A stretch of 45,556 nt of DNA, from contig SBBL01000099.1 in NCBI GenBank assembly GCA_005239745.1, positions 1-45,556 on the forward strand, given 5' to 3'. The position numbers and the translations under genes are program-made. Below the pieces are notes generated by a model. The model had not been told where the DNA came from and did no database searches. It saw only the letters and a program-made list of their open reading frames with translations. Below, piece after piece: positions 1-9,003 of this stretch; the first letter of the stretch is position 1; each line of letters opens with the position of its first letter. This DNA is from Candidatus Troglogloeales bacterium (GTDB taxonomy: Bacteria > Nitrospirota > Nitrospiria > SBBL01).

Positions 1-235
1 CTCCCGCCCCCTTTATGCAAACACCCTAGCTTGAGTTTTATACCGTAATGTCTTGACAGGGCTTACTCATCAATTTGTTGCGCACCCATTACCGGAATGT
101 CCTGTATCTTGCCTATTCCCCTGTGTTACCCTGCGCCGCCCGAAGGGACATGCTACCTAAGGAGGATAGATACGTGATATGCTCCACGGCGTTGGGCTTT
201 AAGACAATGGACAAATGACTTATGAAGGAGACATA

Positions 236-1822
236 ATGAGAAGCTATGAAAGATTTGTGAAACGGCGGGCTATTCTAAGAGCAGGGCTGGGGGTCGTTTT
301 CTTTACCCTTAGCCTTACCGCCGCCGGCGGGCAGACCCTTACCCCCACTATTCCCACTATTCCTCAGACCGTACCGACTGTCTCTATGACGGTCGAGCCC
401 CTCGTGGAGCGACAGGTTACGTTAGACTTCAACAATGTTGACATTCCCATACTGATCAAGTTCATCAGTGAACTGACGGGGAAAAACTTCATTATTGACG
501 AGAACGTACGCGGAAAGGTCACGATCTTCTCTCCTAAAAAAATATTGGCCGGTCAAGCCTACGACGTCTTGCTGTCGGTATTGGAGATGAAGGGGTTTTC
601 CGTGGTGGTGGATGGAAATGTCCATAAGGTACTCCCTTCTCCGGAAGCCATCCAAGATAGTACCATTCATATGTATCCGCTGGAGCATGTCGAGGCGGAA
701 AAAATGGCCAAGCTGTTACTGGGGATGGCAACGCCCGCACAAAGGCCGCGTGGGCGTATGAATCTACCGATTCCCGGCGCCATCACCGGTGCCGTGCGTA
801 TCGTGCCCGATCGTGAGACCAACTCACTTTTGATCACCGCAAGTGACCACGATTTTAATGTCCTTAAGGACCTTATTAAAAAACTGGATAAACGCAAGCG
901 ACAGGTCTACGTGGAAGCGGTGATCATGGAGATGGGAGAAGAAAAGACCCGGCAGTTGGGTGGCGATCTGTCGGCCATCGCAGGGTATCACTCGGAAAAA
1001 CTGGGCGCCCTGCTGCTAGGGGGGCTGAATGCGAATCCTCCTAGCATTGCGGAAATAAACGCAGCACAGGCCGGCTTGCCGGCTGGCGTCCGTTTTCCCA
1101 AAGGGCAGATCACGGAGGTCTTGAAAGCATTGCAATCGGATAATGATGTGAATGTTCTCTCTACGCCACAACTTTTGGCAGGCGATGGCGAAAAGGCGGA
1201 AATCGTGGTTGCGCAGAATGTTCCTTTTCCAGGAAGCCAGACAACGTCAACGGGCGGAAACATACAGACGACGATCGAAAGAAAAGACGTGGGCATCACC
1301 CTTAAGCTGACGCCAACGGTCTTGAAGGATGATCTCGTCAAACTGGATATTTATCAAGAGGCCTCCAGTTTGACGCCCACACCACAGACCGTAGGGAATA
1401 ATGTGGTGATTGGGCCAACGACGAATAAGCGTTCGGCCACGACGATCGTTACCGTGCCTGACGGACAAACGGTCGTCATCGGCGGCTTAATTCGCGATGA
1501 TGTTGTCGAAGGGGAGAAAAAAATCCCGCTACTTGGAGATATCCCCCTCCTGGGCTGGCTATTTAAGACCAAAACGCACGAGGTAAGAAAGACAAACATG
1601 CTCATCTTTATCACCCCACACGTGGTAAAAGATTCAGAGGGTCTAGGCCAAATAGCGACAGAAAAGGTTGACGGGGCGGAAGACTTCATGGCGGAATATC
1701 AGCCCAAGGGGGCAAAACAGCGCCTCGATTTAATGAAAGAATCGATTACAGTCCCGGATCAGGCCACGACTTCCGGATCAGATCAGATCACCGTTCCGGC
1801 GACTGTCCCCGACCAGAAATGA
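236..1822 (+). CDS. gspD: Type II secretion secretin GspD (short form)
   Basis: N0 domain (VTLDFNNVDI..FIIDENVRGKVTI), one N-repeat, secretin core (QVYVEAVIME..NVLSTPQLL..KIPLLGDIPLLGWLFK). ATG 236 follows GAAGGAG RBS; the ORF track starts at 215. Confidence 0.93.
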   Translation: MRSYERFVKRRAILRAGLGVVFFTLSLTAAGGQTLTPTIPTIPQTVPTVSMTVEPLVERQVTLDFNNVDIPILIKFISELTGKNFIIDENVRGKVTIFSPKKILAGQAYDVLLSVLEMKGFSVVVDGNVHKVLPSPEAIQDSTIHMYPLEHVEAEKMAKLLLGMATPAQRPRGRMNLPIPGAITGAVRIVPDRETNSLLITASDHDFNVLKDLIKKLDKRKRQVYVEAVIMEMGEEKTRQLGGDLSAIAGYHSEKLGALLLGGLNANPPSIAEINAAQAGLPAGVRFPKGQITEVLKALQSDNDVNVLSTPQLLAGDGEKAEIVVAQNVPFPGSQTTSTGGNIQTTIERKDVGITLKLTPTVLKDDLVKLDIYQEASSLTPTPQTVGNNVVIGPTTNKRSATTIVTVPDGQTVVIGGLIRDDVVEGEKKIPLLGDIPLLGWLFKTKTHEVRKTNMLIFITPHVVKDSEGLGQIATEKVDGAEDFMAEYQPKGAKQRLDLMKESITVPDQATTSGSDQITVPATVPDQK

Positions 1823-3537
1823 TGACACGCAAGCAACGACCCCTGATTGGACAGCTTTTTATTGAAGGGTGTGGGTTAACCACTGACGCCCTTGACGAAG
1901 CGCTACTGGCACAGAAAGACGCTCCGCTCAATGGGAATGGGTCGAGAATCGGTGACCTACTTATAAGTGCAGGTAAGCTTACAGAGCGGCAGGTGCTTGA
2001 ATCTCTTTGCCTACAATGGGAGGTACCGTTTTCTGCACAACTTAACTTGAAGGAAGTGGACGCCACCCTCACCGAAAAAGTGCCCATTGCCTTTGCAAAA
2101 CGGAATCTGGTTCTCCCTCTTTGTCAGAACGCGCAGTTTGTGCAGATCGCAACGAACAATCCTCTCAACCTAGCCATTTTGGATGATCTGCGCCTTCTGC
2201 TGGGACGGGGGATTGAAGTCGTTGCCGCGCCTTCCGATGAGATTTTACGGGGCATTCACGCGCTATACGAAAGGGCGGCCGACAGCGCCGAGAAGACGAT
2301 CCTAGATATTGAGGGCGATAACATGGCAGCCCTTGCCACCATCGAACAAGAGGACTTGCTCGACGCCAATAGCGAGGCACCGATGATCCGGCTCGTCAAC
2401 TCCATCCTTTTTCAGGCGGTCTCCCGCCGGGCGTCCGATATTCACATCGAACCGTTTGAGAGAGAGCTTGTGGTCCGCTACCGGATTGACGGCCTTCTAT
2501 ATCTCCTCCTGACGGTTCCCAAACGGTTTCAGTCGGCCTTTCTCTCCCGTGTAAAAATCATGGCCGGCATGGACATTGCCGAAAAACGGCTTCCGCAGGA
2601 TGGCCGGATCGGGCTTCGGGTCGGCGGTCGCGAAATTGATATTCGGGTCGCGGATATCCCAACGGCCCACGGTGAGCGGTTGGTACTGCGCATTCTTGAT
2701 AAATCCACCAAACTTTTTGAATTGCCGGAGATCGGATTTCAACCGGAAGACCTGGCCGCGATTAACCGGCTGATTTCGTTGGCACACGGTATTTTGCTGG
2801 TGACGGGGCCGACGGGAAGTGGAAAGACGACTACCCTCTACGCCTGTTTGAACAAAATCAACTCCATCGAAAAAAATATCATTACGATTGAGGACCCCAT
2901 TGAGTACCAATTGCACGGTGTCGGGCAAATTCAGGTAAACCCCAAAATTGACTTAAGTTTTGCCAACGGTCTTCGCTCGATCCTACGGCAAGACCCCGAT
3001 GTGATTATGGTCGGTGAGATCCGCGACGTGGAGACGGCCGAGATTGCCATTCACGCCTCTTTAACCGGGCACATGGTGTTTTCGACCTTGCACACCAACG
3101 ACTCAGCCGGTGCCATTACGCGATTATTGGATATGGGGATTGAGCCCTTTCTGGTGACGTCCTCCATCGTCGGCATTATTGCGCAACGTTTGGTGCGCCT
3201 CATTTGCAAAAACTGCACGGCGCCCCATTCCATGCCGCCGCACGAAATTAAAAAATTATCCGCCACACTGCCCAAAGACACCGTCTTTTACAAAGGGCAA
3301 GGTTGCGATGCCTGTATGCACACGGGCTACTTTGGTCGCTCCAGCATCTATGAAATCCTACACCTAGACGACGACATCCGGAAGATGGTGCTAAATAAGG
3401 TAGATGCGGGTCAAATTAAGGCAAAAGCGATTGCAAAAGGCATGAAGGCGCTGCGAGAAGAAGGCGCCCGTCGCGTTGCAGCCGGCCTCACCACGGCAGA
3501 AGAAGTATTGCGCGTGACGCAAGATGAGATCGTTTGA
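1819..3537 (+). CDS. gspE: Type II secretion ATPase GspE
   Basis: ASDIHIEP, Walker A GPTGSGKTT, LRQDPDVIMVGEIRD, CxxC..CxxC metal site; overlaps the gspD stop. Confidence 0.95.
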   Translation: MMTRKQRPLIGQLFIEGCGLTTDALDEALLAQKDAPLNGNGSRIGDLLISAGKLTERQVLESLCLQWEVPFSAQLNLKEVDATLTEKVPIAFAKRNLVLPLCQNAQFVQIATNNPLNLAILDDLRLLLGRGIEVVAAPSDEILRGIHALYERAADSAEKTILDIEGDNMAALATIEQEDLLDANSEAPMIRLVNSILFQAVSRRASDIHIEPFERELVVRYRIDGLLYLLLTVPKRFQSAFLSRVKIMAGMDIAEKRLPQDGRIGLRVGGREIDIRVADIPTAHGERLVLRILDKSTKLFELPEIGFQPEDLAAINRLISLAHGILLVTGPTGSGKTTTLYACLNKINSIEKNIITIEDPIEYQLHGVGQIQVNPKIDLSFANGLRSILRQDPDVIMVGEIRDVETAEIAIHASLTGHMVFSTLHTNDSAGAITRLLDMGIEPFLVTSSIVGIIAQRLVRLICKNCTAPHSMPPHEIKKLSATLPKDTVFYKGQGCDACMHTGYFGRSSIYEILHLDDDIRKMVLNKVDAGQIKAKAIAKGMKALREEGARRVAAGLTTAEEVLRVTQDEIV

Positions 3538-4754
3538 TGGCCGTCTACGCCTACAAAGGACTCGATGCGACCGGACGGGAAATATCTGGAGTGGTGGATG
3601 CCGATGCCCCACGTCTTGCCCGGATAAAACTTAAAAAAGAAGGCATCTTTCCTACCCAAGTTTCCGTCCCTAAAGAAGCGGAAACCGTCCTGTCTCGTCC
3701 GGTCACGTCGTTCTTTGATCGTGTCACCTTAATGGAGACGGCGCTCTCCACCCGGCAATGGGCCACGTTACTAAAAGCGGGAATACCCCTCGTTGAAGCC
3801 CTGACTGCCCTGATACAGCAATCGGATAAAGTCATTGTCCAGAAGCTTTGGACCCATGTGCGGGAAGGGGTGCAAGAGGGGCTGTCGGTTGCAGAGGCAT
3901 TGGGCCGCCACCCGGAGGTCTTCTCCTCCCTCTATTGTCAGATGGTGCGGGCCGGAGAGGCCAGCGGAACACTGGATCACGTCCTTTTACAGCTTGCCGA
4001 CTATTATGAGAATCGCGTGCGTCTCCGCAGAAAATTGACCTCCATCCTTGCCTACCCCATTCTGATGACGGTGGCGAGCTTGGCGATTCTTCTCTTTCTC
4101 ATCTCGTTTGTTGTACCGAGGGTCACCGTTGTTTTTTCAGATATGGGCAAGGCACTGCCGATGCCCACGGTCATCCTCTTGGCCGTTAGCGACCTCCTTC
4201 GAAATTATAGTGTGGCACTGATAGTCATCGCCGTTATCGTAGGGATTGCCTTGCAGCAGTGGCTGAAGACGGAAACGGGAACAGCCTGGTACGACCGGAT
4301 CATTCTAAAAGTCCCGCTCGTCGGCCCCGTGGTGAAGATGATGGCCGTTTCCCGTTTTACCTCGACACTTGCGACGCTGCTCCACAGCGGCGTGCGACTA
4401 CTACCGGCCTTGGAGATGGTGGGGCAGGTCGTGGGTAACAAGGTGTTAGAGGGAGCTATCCAAGATGCCAGGGAGAATATTCGAGAGGGAGAAAGTATTG
4501 CGGAGCCGATGAAACGCAGCGGAGTCTTTCCGCCGCTGGTGACCCACATGGTAGCCATCGGGGAGCGGGGGGGCACCCTGGAAGAGATGCTGCGGCGGGT
4601 ATCGGAGTTGTACAATAGCCGCGCGGAGGAAACGATTACCGGCCTCACGTCACTGCTTACACCCCTGCTTACCTTAGGCATGGGGGGGGTGGTCCTTTTT
4701 ATTGTGCTTGCGATCCTCTTGCCTATCTTTGAAATCAGCCAAATCGTGGGTTAA
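3537..4754 (+). CDS. gspF: Type II secretion inner-membrane platform protein GspF
   Basis: MAVYAYKGLD start, two GspF/PilC repeats (MVRAGEASGTLD; MVAIGERGGTLE), TM helices; TGATG coupling to gspE. Confidence 0.95.
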   Translation: MAVYAYKGLDATGREISGVVDADAPRLARIKLKKEGIFPTQVSVPKEAETVLSRPVTSFFDRVTLMETALSTRQWATLLKAGIPLVEALTALIQQSDKVIVQKLWTHVREGVQEGLSVAEALGRHPEVFSSLYCQMVRAGEASGTLDHVLLQLADYYENRVRLRRKLTSILAYPILMTVASLAILLFLISFVVPRVTVVFSDMGKALPMPTVILLAVSDLLRNYSVALIVIAVIVGIALQQWLKTETGTAWYDRIILKVPLVGPVVKMMAVSRFTSTLATLLHSGVRLLPALEMVGQVVGNKVLEGAIQDARENIREGESIAEPMKRSGVFPPLVTHMVAIGERGGTLEEMLRRVSELYNSRAEETITGLTSLLTPLLTLGMGGVVLFIVLAILLPIFEISQIVG

Positions 4755-4846
4755 ATGACCATTTCGCGCATTCGATTTGCCACCGGTCCTACACGTATAT
4801 GCTTACTATTGCTCAAAAGTTAGCGAGAGCGTTTTTGGGGAGGAAT

Positions 4847-4868
4847 CCCCTCCTTAGTTAAGGAGGGG
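4847..4868. repeat. REP-like palindrome CCCCTCCTTA-GT-TAAGGAGGGG
   Basis: Perfect 10-bp arms; related copies near 13319-13374, 24194-24204, 37537-37582 and 38346-38377. Confidence 0.7.
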
Positions 4869-4922
4869 AAGGGGTGGTTTGAAAGGTGATTTCGGCAAAC
4901 AAGGACTTGTGGGTGGGGTGAG

Positions 4923-4939
4923 GGTTTTTAGAGGTGTTC
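4923..4939. mobile_element. Isolated MITE terminal inverted repeat
   Basis: GGTTTTTAGAGGTGTTC, 15/17 match to the TIR of the 8782 element. Confidence 0.6.
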
Positions 4940-4962
4940 TTTAGTATTCGAGAGGAGGATCT

Positions 4963-5199
4963 ATGTCAGAGCCAACGATTGCACAAAAGGCCCCTTACGT
5001 TAAGGAGATGGAGCCAGGGACGTACTACTGGTGCCGGTGTGGCAGGTCAAAAGATCAGCCCTTTTGCGACGGTTCTCACACCGGGACCGCGTTTTCGCCC
5101 GTTGTGTTCACCATTGACCAGAAAAAAAGGGTGGCTTGGTGTGGCTGTAAGCATAGCAAAATGCTGCCCCTTTGCGACGGTACCCATAAAACGCTCTGA
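4963..5199 (+). CDS. CDGSH iron-sulfur domain protein with two CDGSH motifs (MiNT/CISD3-like)
   Basis: WCRCGRSKDQPFCDGSH and WCGCKHSKMLPLCDGTH; GAGGAGG RBS. Confidence 0.93.
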   Translation: MSEPTIAQKAPYVKEMEPGTYYWCRCGRSKDQPFCDGSHTGTAFSPVVFTIDQKKRVAWCGCKHSKMLPLCDGTHKTL

Positions 5200-6173
5200 T
5201 GAAGATCAGCGTTATTGGGGGGGGAAGCTGGGGAACGGCGCTTGCGCGGCTCATATCTGAAAATGGGCACGCGGTGTCCCTCTGGGTATACGAGCCTGAT
5301 TGTGCACGGGCGATTCAAACAAAACGCATCAACCCCTACCTTCCAGATATTTTACTCCCCGCCTCCTTGAAGGCAACCGCCTGTATGGAAGAAGCACTTG
5401 CAGGGACCGTGTTTCTCCTCTTTGCAGTCCCCTCCCACGCGACACGGGCGGTGCTAACCCAGGCGTCTGCGTTTCTTTCCCCGGACATCCCTATCGTGAG
5501 CGCGACCAAAGGGATTGAAAAGAAAAGCCTGATGCTGATCGGACAAGTCATACTGGATGTCCTAGAGTATCACAACCCTCAATCAATCGCTTTTCTCTCC
5601 GGGCCCAGTTTCTCCAGAGAGGTAGCCCTCGGAATGCCTACCGCCGTGGTTATTGCGGCACAAGACCCGGCACTTGCAAAACAGGCGCAAGCAGTTCTTT
5701 CCCGTCCAACGTTTAGTGTCACCCAAACGCAGGATGTTTTAGGAGTACAGTTGGCCGGTGCCGTTAAAAATGTCATTGCCTTGGCGGTCGGGTGTGCAGA
5801 TGGCATGGGGTGGGGCAACAATGCCCGGGCACGTATCATCACCACTGGGTTATCTGAAATGGTTAGGCTGGGCGCCGCCATGGGGGCACAACCGGATACC
5901 TTTTATGGACTTGCGGGCGTTGGGGACCTCTGCCTGACGTGTGGAAGCGACTTATCTCGTAACCTACGTTCCGGTCGCCATCTTGCGGCCGGGGGGCCCT
6001 TGACAGCATTATCCAACATGACCGTGGAAGGGATAGAGAGCACCGCGCCCGTCTATGGTCTTGCTAAACGGGAAGGCGTACGGATGCCCATTGTTGAAGC
6101 GATGTACGACGTCTTAAATAACGGCGTGTCCGTCGCCGAGGCATTGGGAAAGGTGCTCAACGCCCCGCTGTAG
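5199..6173 (+). CDS. gpsA: NAD(P)H-dependent glycerol-3-phosphate dehydrogenase
   Basis: GGGSWGTALA Rossmann motif, ATKGIE, LSGPSF, KNVIALA, GVGDLCLTC..SRN. Confidence 0.96.
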   Translation: MKISVIGGGSWGTALARLISENGHAVSLWVYEPDCARAIQTKRINPYLPDILLPASLKATACMEEALAGTVFLLFAVPSHATRAVLTQASAFLSPDIPIVSATKGIEKKSLMLIGQVILDVLEYHNPQSIAFLSGPSFSREVALGMPTAVVIAAQDPALAKQAQAVLSRPTFSVTQTQDVLGVQLAGAVKNVIALAVGCADGMGWGNNARARIITTGLSEMVRLGAAMGAQPDTFYGLAGVGDLCLTCGSDLSRNLRSGRHLAAGGPLTALSNMTVEGIESTAPVYGLAKREGVRMPIVEAMYDVLNNGVSVAEALGKVLNAPL

Positions 6174-6250
6174 CCCTTCCGGGCTCCATGTCCACAGGCA
6201 ATAGCGGGTGTGCCATCGTTAACGCTTTATTTTGCGTTACGGAGAAAGGC

Positions 6251-7048
6251 GTGGCGTATCTGAAACAGGCGTTAACCATCGCGGCCTCCGATTCTGGCGG
6301 TGGGGCAGGCATTCAGGCCGATATTAAGGCCATGCAGGCCAGTGGCGTTTATGCCCTATCTGTGTTGGTCGCGATCACCGCCCAAAACACCAGAACCATT
6401 ACTAAGGTCTATCCTTTACCAAACGATATCATTGAGGCACAGATTGACGCTGTTTTTGATGATTTTGAGATCGGAGCCGTCAAGACCGGGTTGCTTCTCT
6501 CTGCCGAGATTGTAAGAGTGGTATCCGCTAAACTGCGGGAGTCGAAAATTAACCATTTAGTGGTAGACCCGGTGATGACTGCCAAGGCGGGGGGAGGATG
6601 CGAACTGCTCAAAACAGACGCCATCGAGAAGATGAAGCGTGACCTTTTCCCCTTAGCCCATTTGGTAACCCCAAACCTTCATGAGGCCGCACGGCTTACC
6701 GGTATGAACATTACAACTTTGGAAGATGTCAAGGAAGCGGCAAGGCATCTCCATCAGTTAGGGTGCGCGAACGTCCTAGTCAAAGGGGGCCATTTCCTGC
6801 AGCAACCCGCCCCTGATCTCCTGTACGACGGGGAGATATTTACCCTGTTTCAAGGGGAGTTTATTGACACCCCCCACACGCACGGGACCGGCTGCACCTA
6901 CGCCGCCGCAATTGCCGCCCATCTCGCTTTAGGCAAGGACCTCATTGCAGCGATCAGGGCCTCCAAGGACTATCTCACCGAGACCATCCGCCATGCCTTA
7001 ACGATAGGCCGAGGGCGAGGCCCTGTTCATCACTTCCCCAACGGGTAG
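6251..7048 (+). CDS. thiD: Hydroxymethylpyrimidine/phosphomethylpyrimidine kinase
   Basis: ALTIAASDSGGGAGIQADIK, VVDPVM, TPNLHEA, HTHGTGCT; GTG start after GGAGAAAGG (ORF track starts at 6188). Confidence 0.95.
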   Translation: MAYLKQALTIAASDSGGGAGIQADIKAMQASGVYALSVLVAITAQNTRTITKVYPLPNDIIEAQIDAVFDDFEIGAVKTGLLLSAEIVRVVSAKLRESKINHLVVDPVMTAKAGGGCELLKTDAIEKMKRDLFPLAHLVTPNLHEAARLTGMNITTLEDVKEAARHLHQLGCANVLVKGGHFLQQPAPDLLYDGEIFTLFQGEFIDTPHTHGTGCTYAAAIAAHLALGKDLIAAIRASKDYLTETIRHALTIGRGRGPVHHFPNG

Positions 7049-7057
7049 CAAAGCGCC

Positions 7058-7591
7058 ATGGAAACATTTCAAGAAAAGATAGCCATTGTGCATGGAGACA
7101 TTATTTTGCAAGCGGTGGATGCAATTGTGAACGCGGCCAACACGACACTCCTGGGTGGGGGTGGCGTAGACGGTGCCATTCACCAAGCGGCAGGCCCAGA
7201 CCTACTGGCAGAATGCCTTACCCTGGGTGGGTGTAAAACGGGCGAGGCCAAGATGACTAAGGGGTACCGACTGACGGCCCGATGGGTGATCCATACGGTT
7301 GGACCGGTCTGGGCCGGAGGCGTCCAGGGGGAAGATGCACTCCTGCAGAGCTGTTACCAAAACGTCCTAAAGTTGGCGGAAACACACCAAATCAAGAGCA
7401 TTGCCCTCCCCTCCATTTCAACCGGCGCTTATCAATTTCCCATTGAACGGGCCGCTCGGATTGCCGTCGGAGCCGTGCGGATGTTCCTGCCGATGATGCC
7501 GCAGATAAGGCAGGTGGTCTTTGTCCTTTTTTCACAATCGGATTATGATGTCTATAAACAGACCCTGGGAGGATTACAAATAGGTAATTAG
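7058..7591 (+). CDS. Macrodomain protein, O-acetyl-ADP-ribose deacetylase (YmdB-like)
   Basis: [38 protein letters not shown]. Confidence 0.93.
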   Translation: METFQEKIAIVHGDIILQAVDAIVNAANTTLLGGGGVDGAIHQAAGPDLLAECLTLGGCKTGEAKMTKGYRLTARWVIHTVGPVWAGGVQGEDALLQSCYQNVLKLAETHQIKSIALPSISTGAYQFPIERAARIAVGAVRMFLPMMPQIRQVVFVLFSQSDYDVYKQTLGGLQIGN

Positions 7592-7767
7592 ACGGAAACG
7601 TAACCATGAGGTGTTAAACTACCCTTATGGTTACTGTTCGAAAGAACGTTTTTGGGTGTGTGGTGTGCCGGCGTCTGCGTGACGCGATCTATCACGTTGC
7701 CGAACTGGAAGGCGGCAAACTCAGCGGCGAGATTGAAATCGACGAGTCTTACTTTGGGAGGAATTGA
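7581..7767 (+). mobile_element. IS1595-family remnant: probable IS end plus internally deleted transposase
   Basis: ORF 7627-7767 reads MVTVRKNVFGCVVCRRLRDAIYHVAELEGGKLSGEIEIDESYFGRN, carrying the IS1595 first catalytic motif (LSG.IEIDE.Y.G). The 26-bp end at 7581-7606 recurs at 8362-8387. Confidence 0.75.
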
Positions 7768-8326
7768 TGTCTGTCCAAATTGAAAAACGAGTTTTCACTA
7801 CCGATGAATATCACCGTATTTCCGAAGCGGGCATTCTGTCGGAAGGGGATCGAGTAGAACTGATTGAAGGCGAGGTGGTTCGAATGAGTCCTATTGGAAA
7901 ATATCATGCGGCTTGTGTAAATCGTCTTAATGCAATCCTACATCGGAAAGTAGGTGGATTGGCAATAATAAGTGTCCAAAACCCCATTCGGATAGGCGAT
8001 TTTCGGAACCACAGCCGGATATCGTTTTGCTGAAACCGCGGGGTGATTTCTATGCGGAGGAGGCTCCAACCGTGGACGATGTGCTGTTGATCATTGAAGC
8101 GGCCGATACCTCTATTGAATATGATCGAAGCGTGAGGCTCCCGTTATACGCCAGGGGAGGTATTCCTGATGTTTGGCTTGTTAATTTAGAGGCAGGTCGA
8201 GTCGAAGTCTATTCACAACCGGTTCATGGAACATATCAAAACGTCCAATTTGCAAAGCGCGGCGAGTCCCTTTCATTAAAGGGGCTTCCCAATCTGTCGC
8301 TCCGTATCGAAGAAATCCTGGGGTGA
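7767..8326 (+). pseudogene. Uma2-family (PD-(D/E)XK-like) endonuclease, frameshifted
   Basis: N half (FTTDEYHRISEAGIL..RVELIEG..MSPIG..H) and C half (EPQPDIVLLKPR..LIIEAADTS..LYARGGIPDVWLVNL) join if one T is added to the T run at 8000-8003. Confidence 0.85.
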
Positions 8327-8361
8327 ATTTTTTATGAAATCCGCCAGCAAGCATATTGCCT

Positions 8362-8387
8362 TAGGTAATTAGTGGAAAACGTAACCA
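8362..8387 (+). repeat. Second copy of the putative IS1595 end
   Basis: TAGGTAATTAGTGGAAAACGTAACCA, 23/26 identical to 7581-7606, same orientation. Confidence 0.65.
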
Positions 8388-8455
8388 AAATATATCGTGT
8401 GTTCTACTGGCTATTGCAACACTTGAAGGTGTGAAAAGGTCACGCGGTAAGGTGA

Positions 8456-8614
8456 TGGTGGCGGAATGAGAGGAGGCGTCTCTATCCAAACGCCCAACAA
8501 CTGTTGATGACGGCTGACGGTGGCGACAGCAATGGATATCGCCGACACGCGTGGAAATTGGAACTACAAAAACTGGCGGATTCCACCACACTGATCATGA
8601 ACGGACATCTTTAA
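8456..8614 (+). pseudogene. ISAzo13-family transposase fragment
   Basis: Manual translation WWRNERRRLYPNAQQLLMTADGGDSNGYRRHAWKLELQKLADSTTL matches the ISAzo13 motif WW..YP.A..LLITADGGGSNG.R...WK.ELQ.LAD; in-frame TGA immediately upstream. Confidence 0.8.
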
Positions 8615-8781
8615 GGGGTCCTTTTTCACGGAGGAACACGCGTTATATAATACATATACTATGATACTATGCAAGCAAAATATCATCAGGCAAAATAGGG
8701 ATGAACAACCCGAAATATCCACTATTTCATCACAAGAACTTACAAAAAACTGGAGGTGGGCAAGGCAATGCGGCTACTTGA

Positions 8782-8958
8782 GGGCACCTCTAAAAACCGT
8801 AGCGAGCGGCCCAAGTGCAAGGCGCACGGAGCACAGGAACCGCAATGTACGCAGTGTACATGAGGATTCCGAGCACAGCGCAGCACCCCAAGAGCTTGCT
8901 CTTGGGGACCCCGCGCAACGCAGCAATTGGGTCACGCAGTAGGTTTTTAGAGGTGCCC
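8782..8958 (+). mobile_element. MITE, 177 bp, full-length copy 1
   Basis: Perfect 17-bp TIRs GGGCACCTCTAAAAACC / GGTTTTTAGAGGTGCCC, flanked by TTGA direct repeats (8778-8781, 8959-8962); no transposase. Confidence 0.9.
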
Positions 8959-8988
8959 TTGACAGAGATATTTACGCTCCCCTACCAT
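8959..8988 (+). promoter_or_regulatory. Putative sigma70 promoter for tRNA-Gln
   Basis: TTGACA (8959-8964), 18 bp, TACCAT (8983-8988), 15 bp before the tRNA. Confidence 0.6.
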
Positions 8989-9003
8989 ACGGCGCCGGTG
9001 GAT

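Noticed and set aside
6174-6250. TPP riboswitch before thiD (also checked before thiS, and FMN before ribBA)
   Set aside because: Conserved aptamer motifs not found and intergenic space is too short
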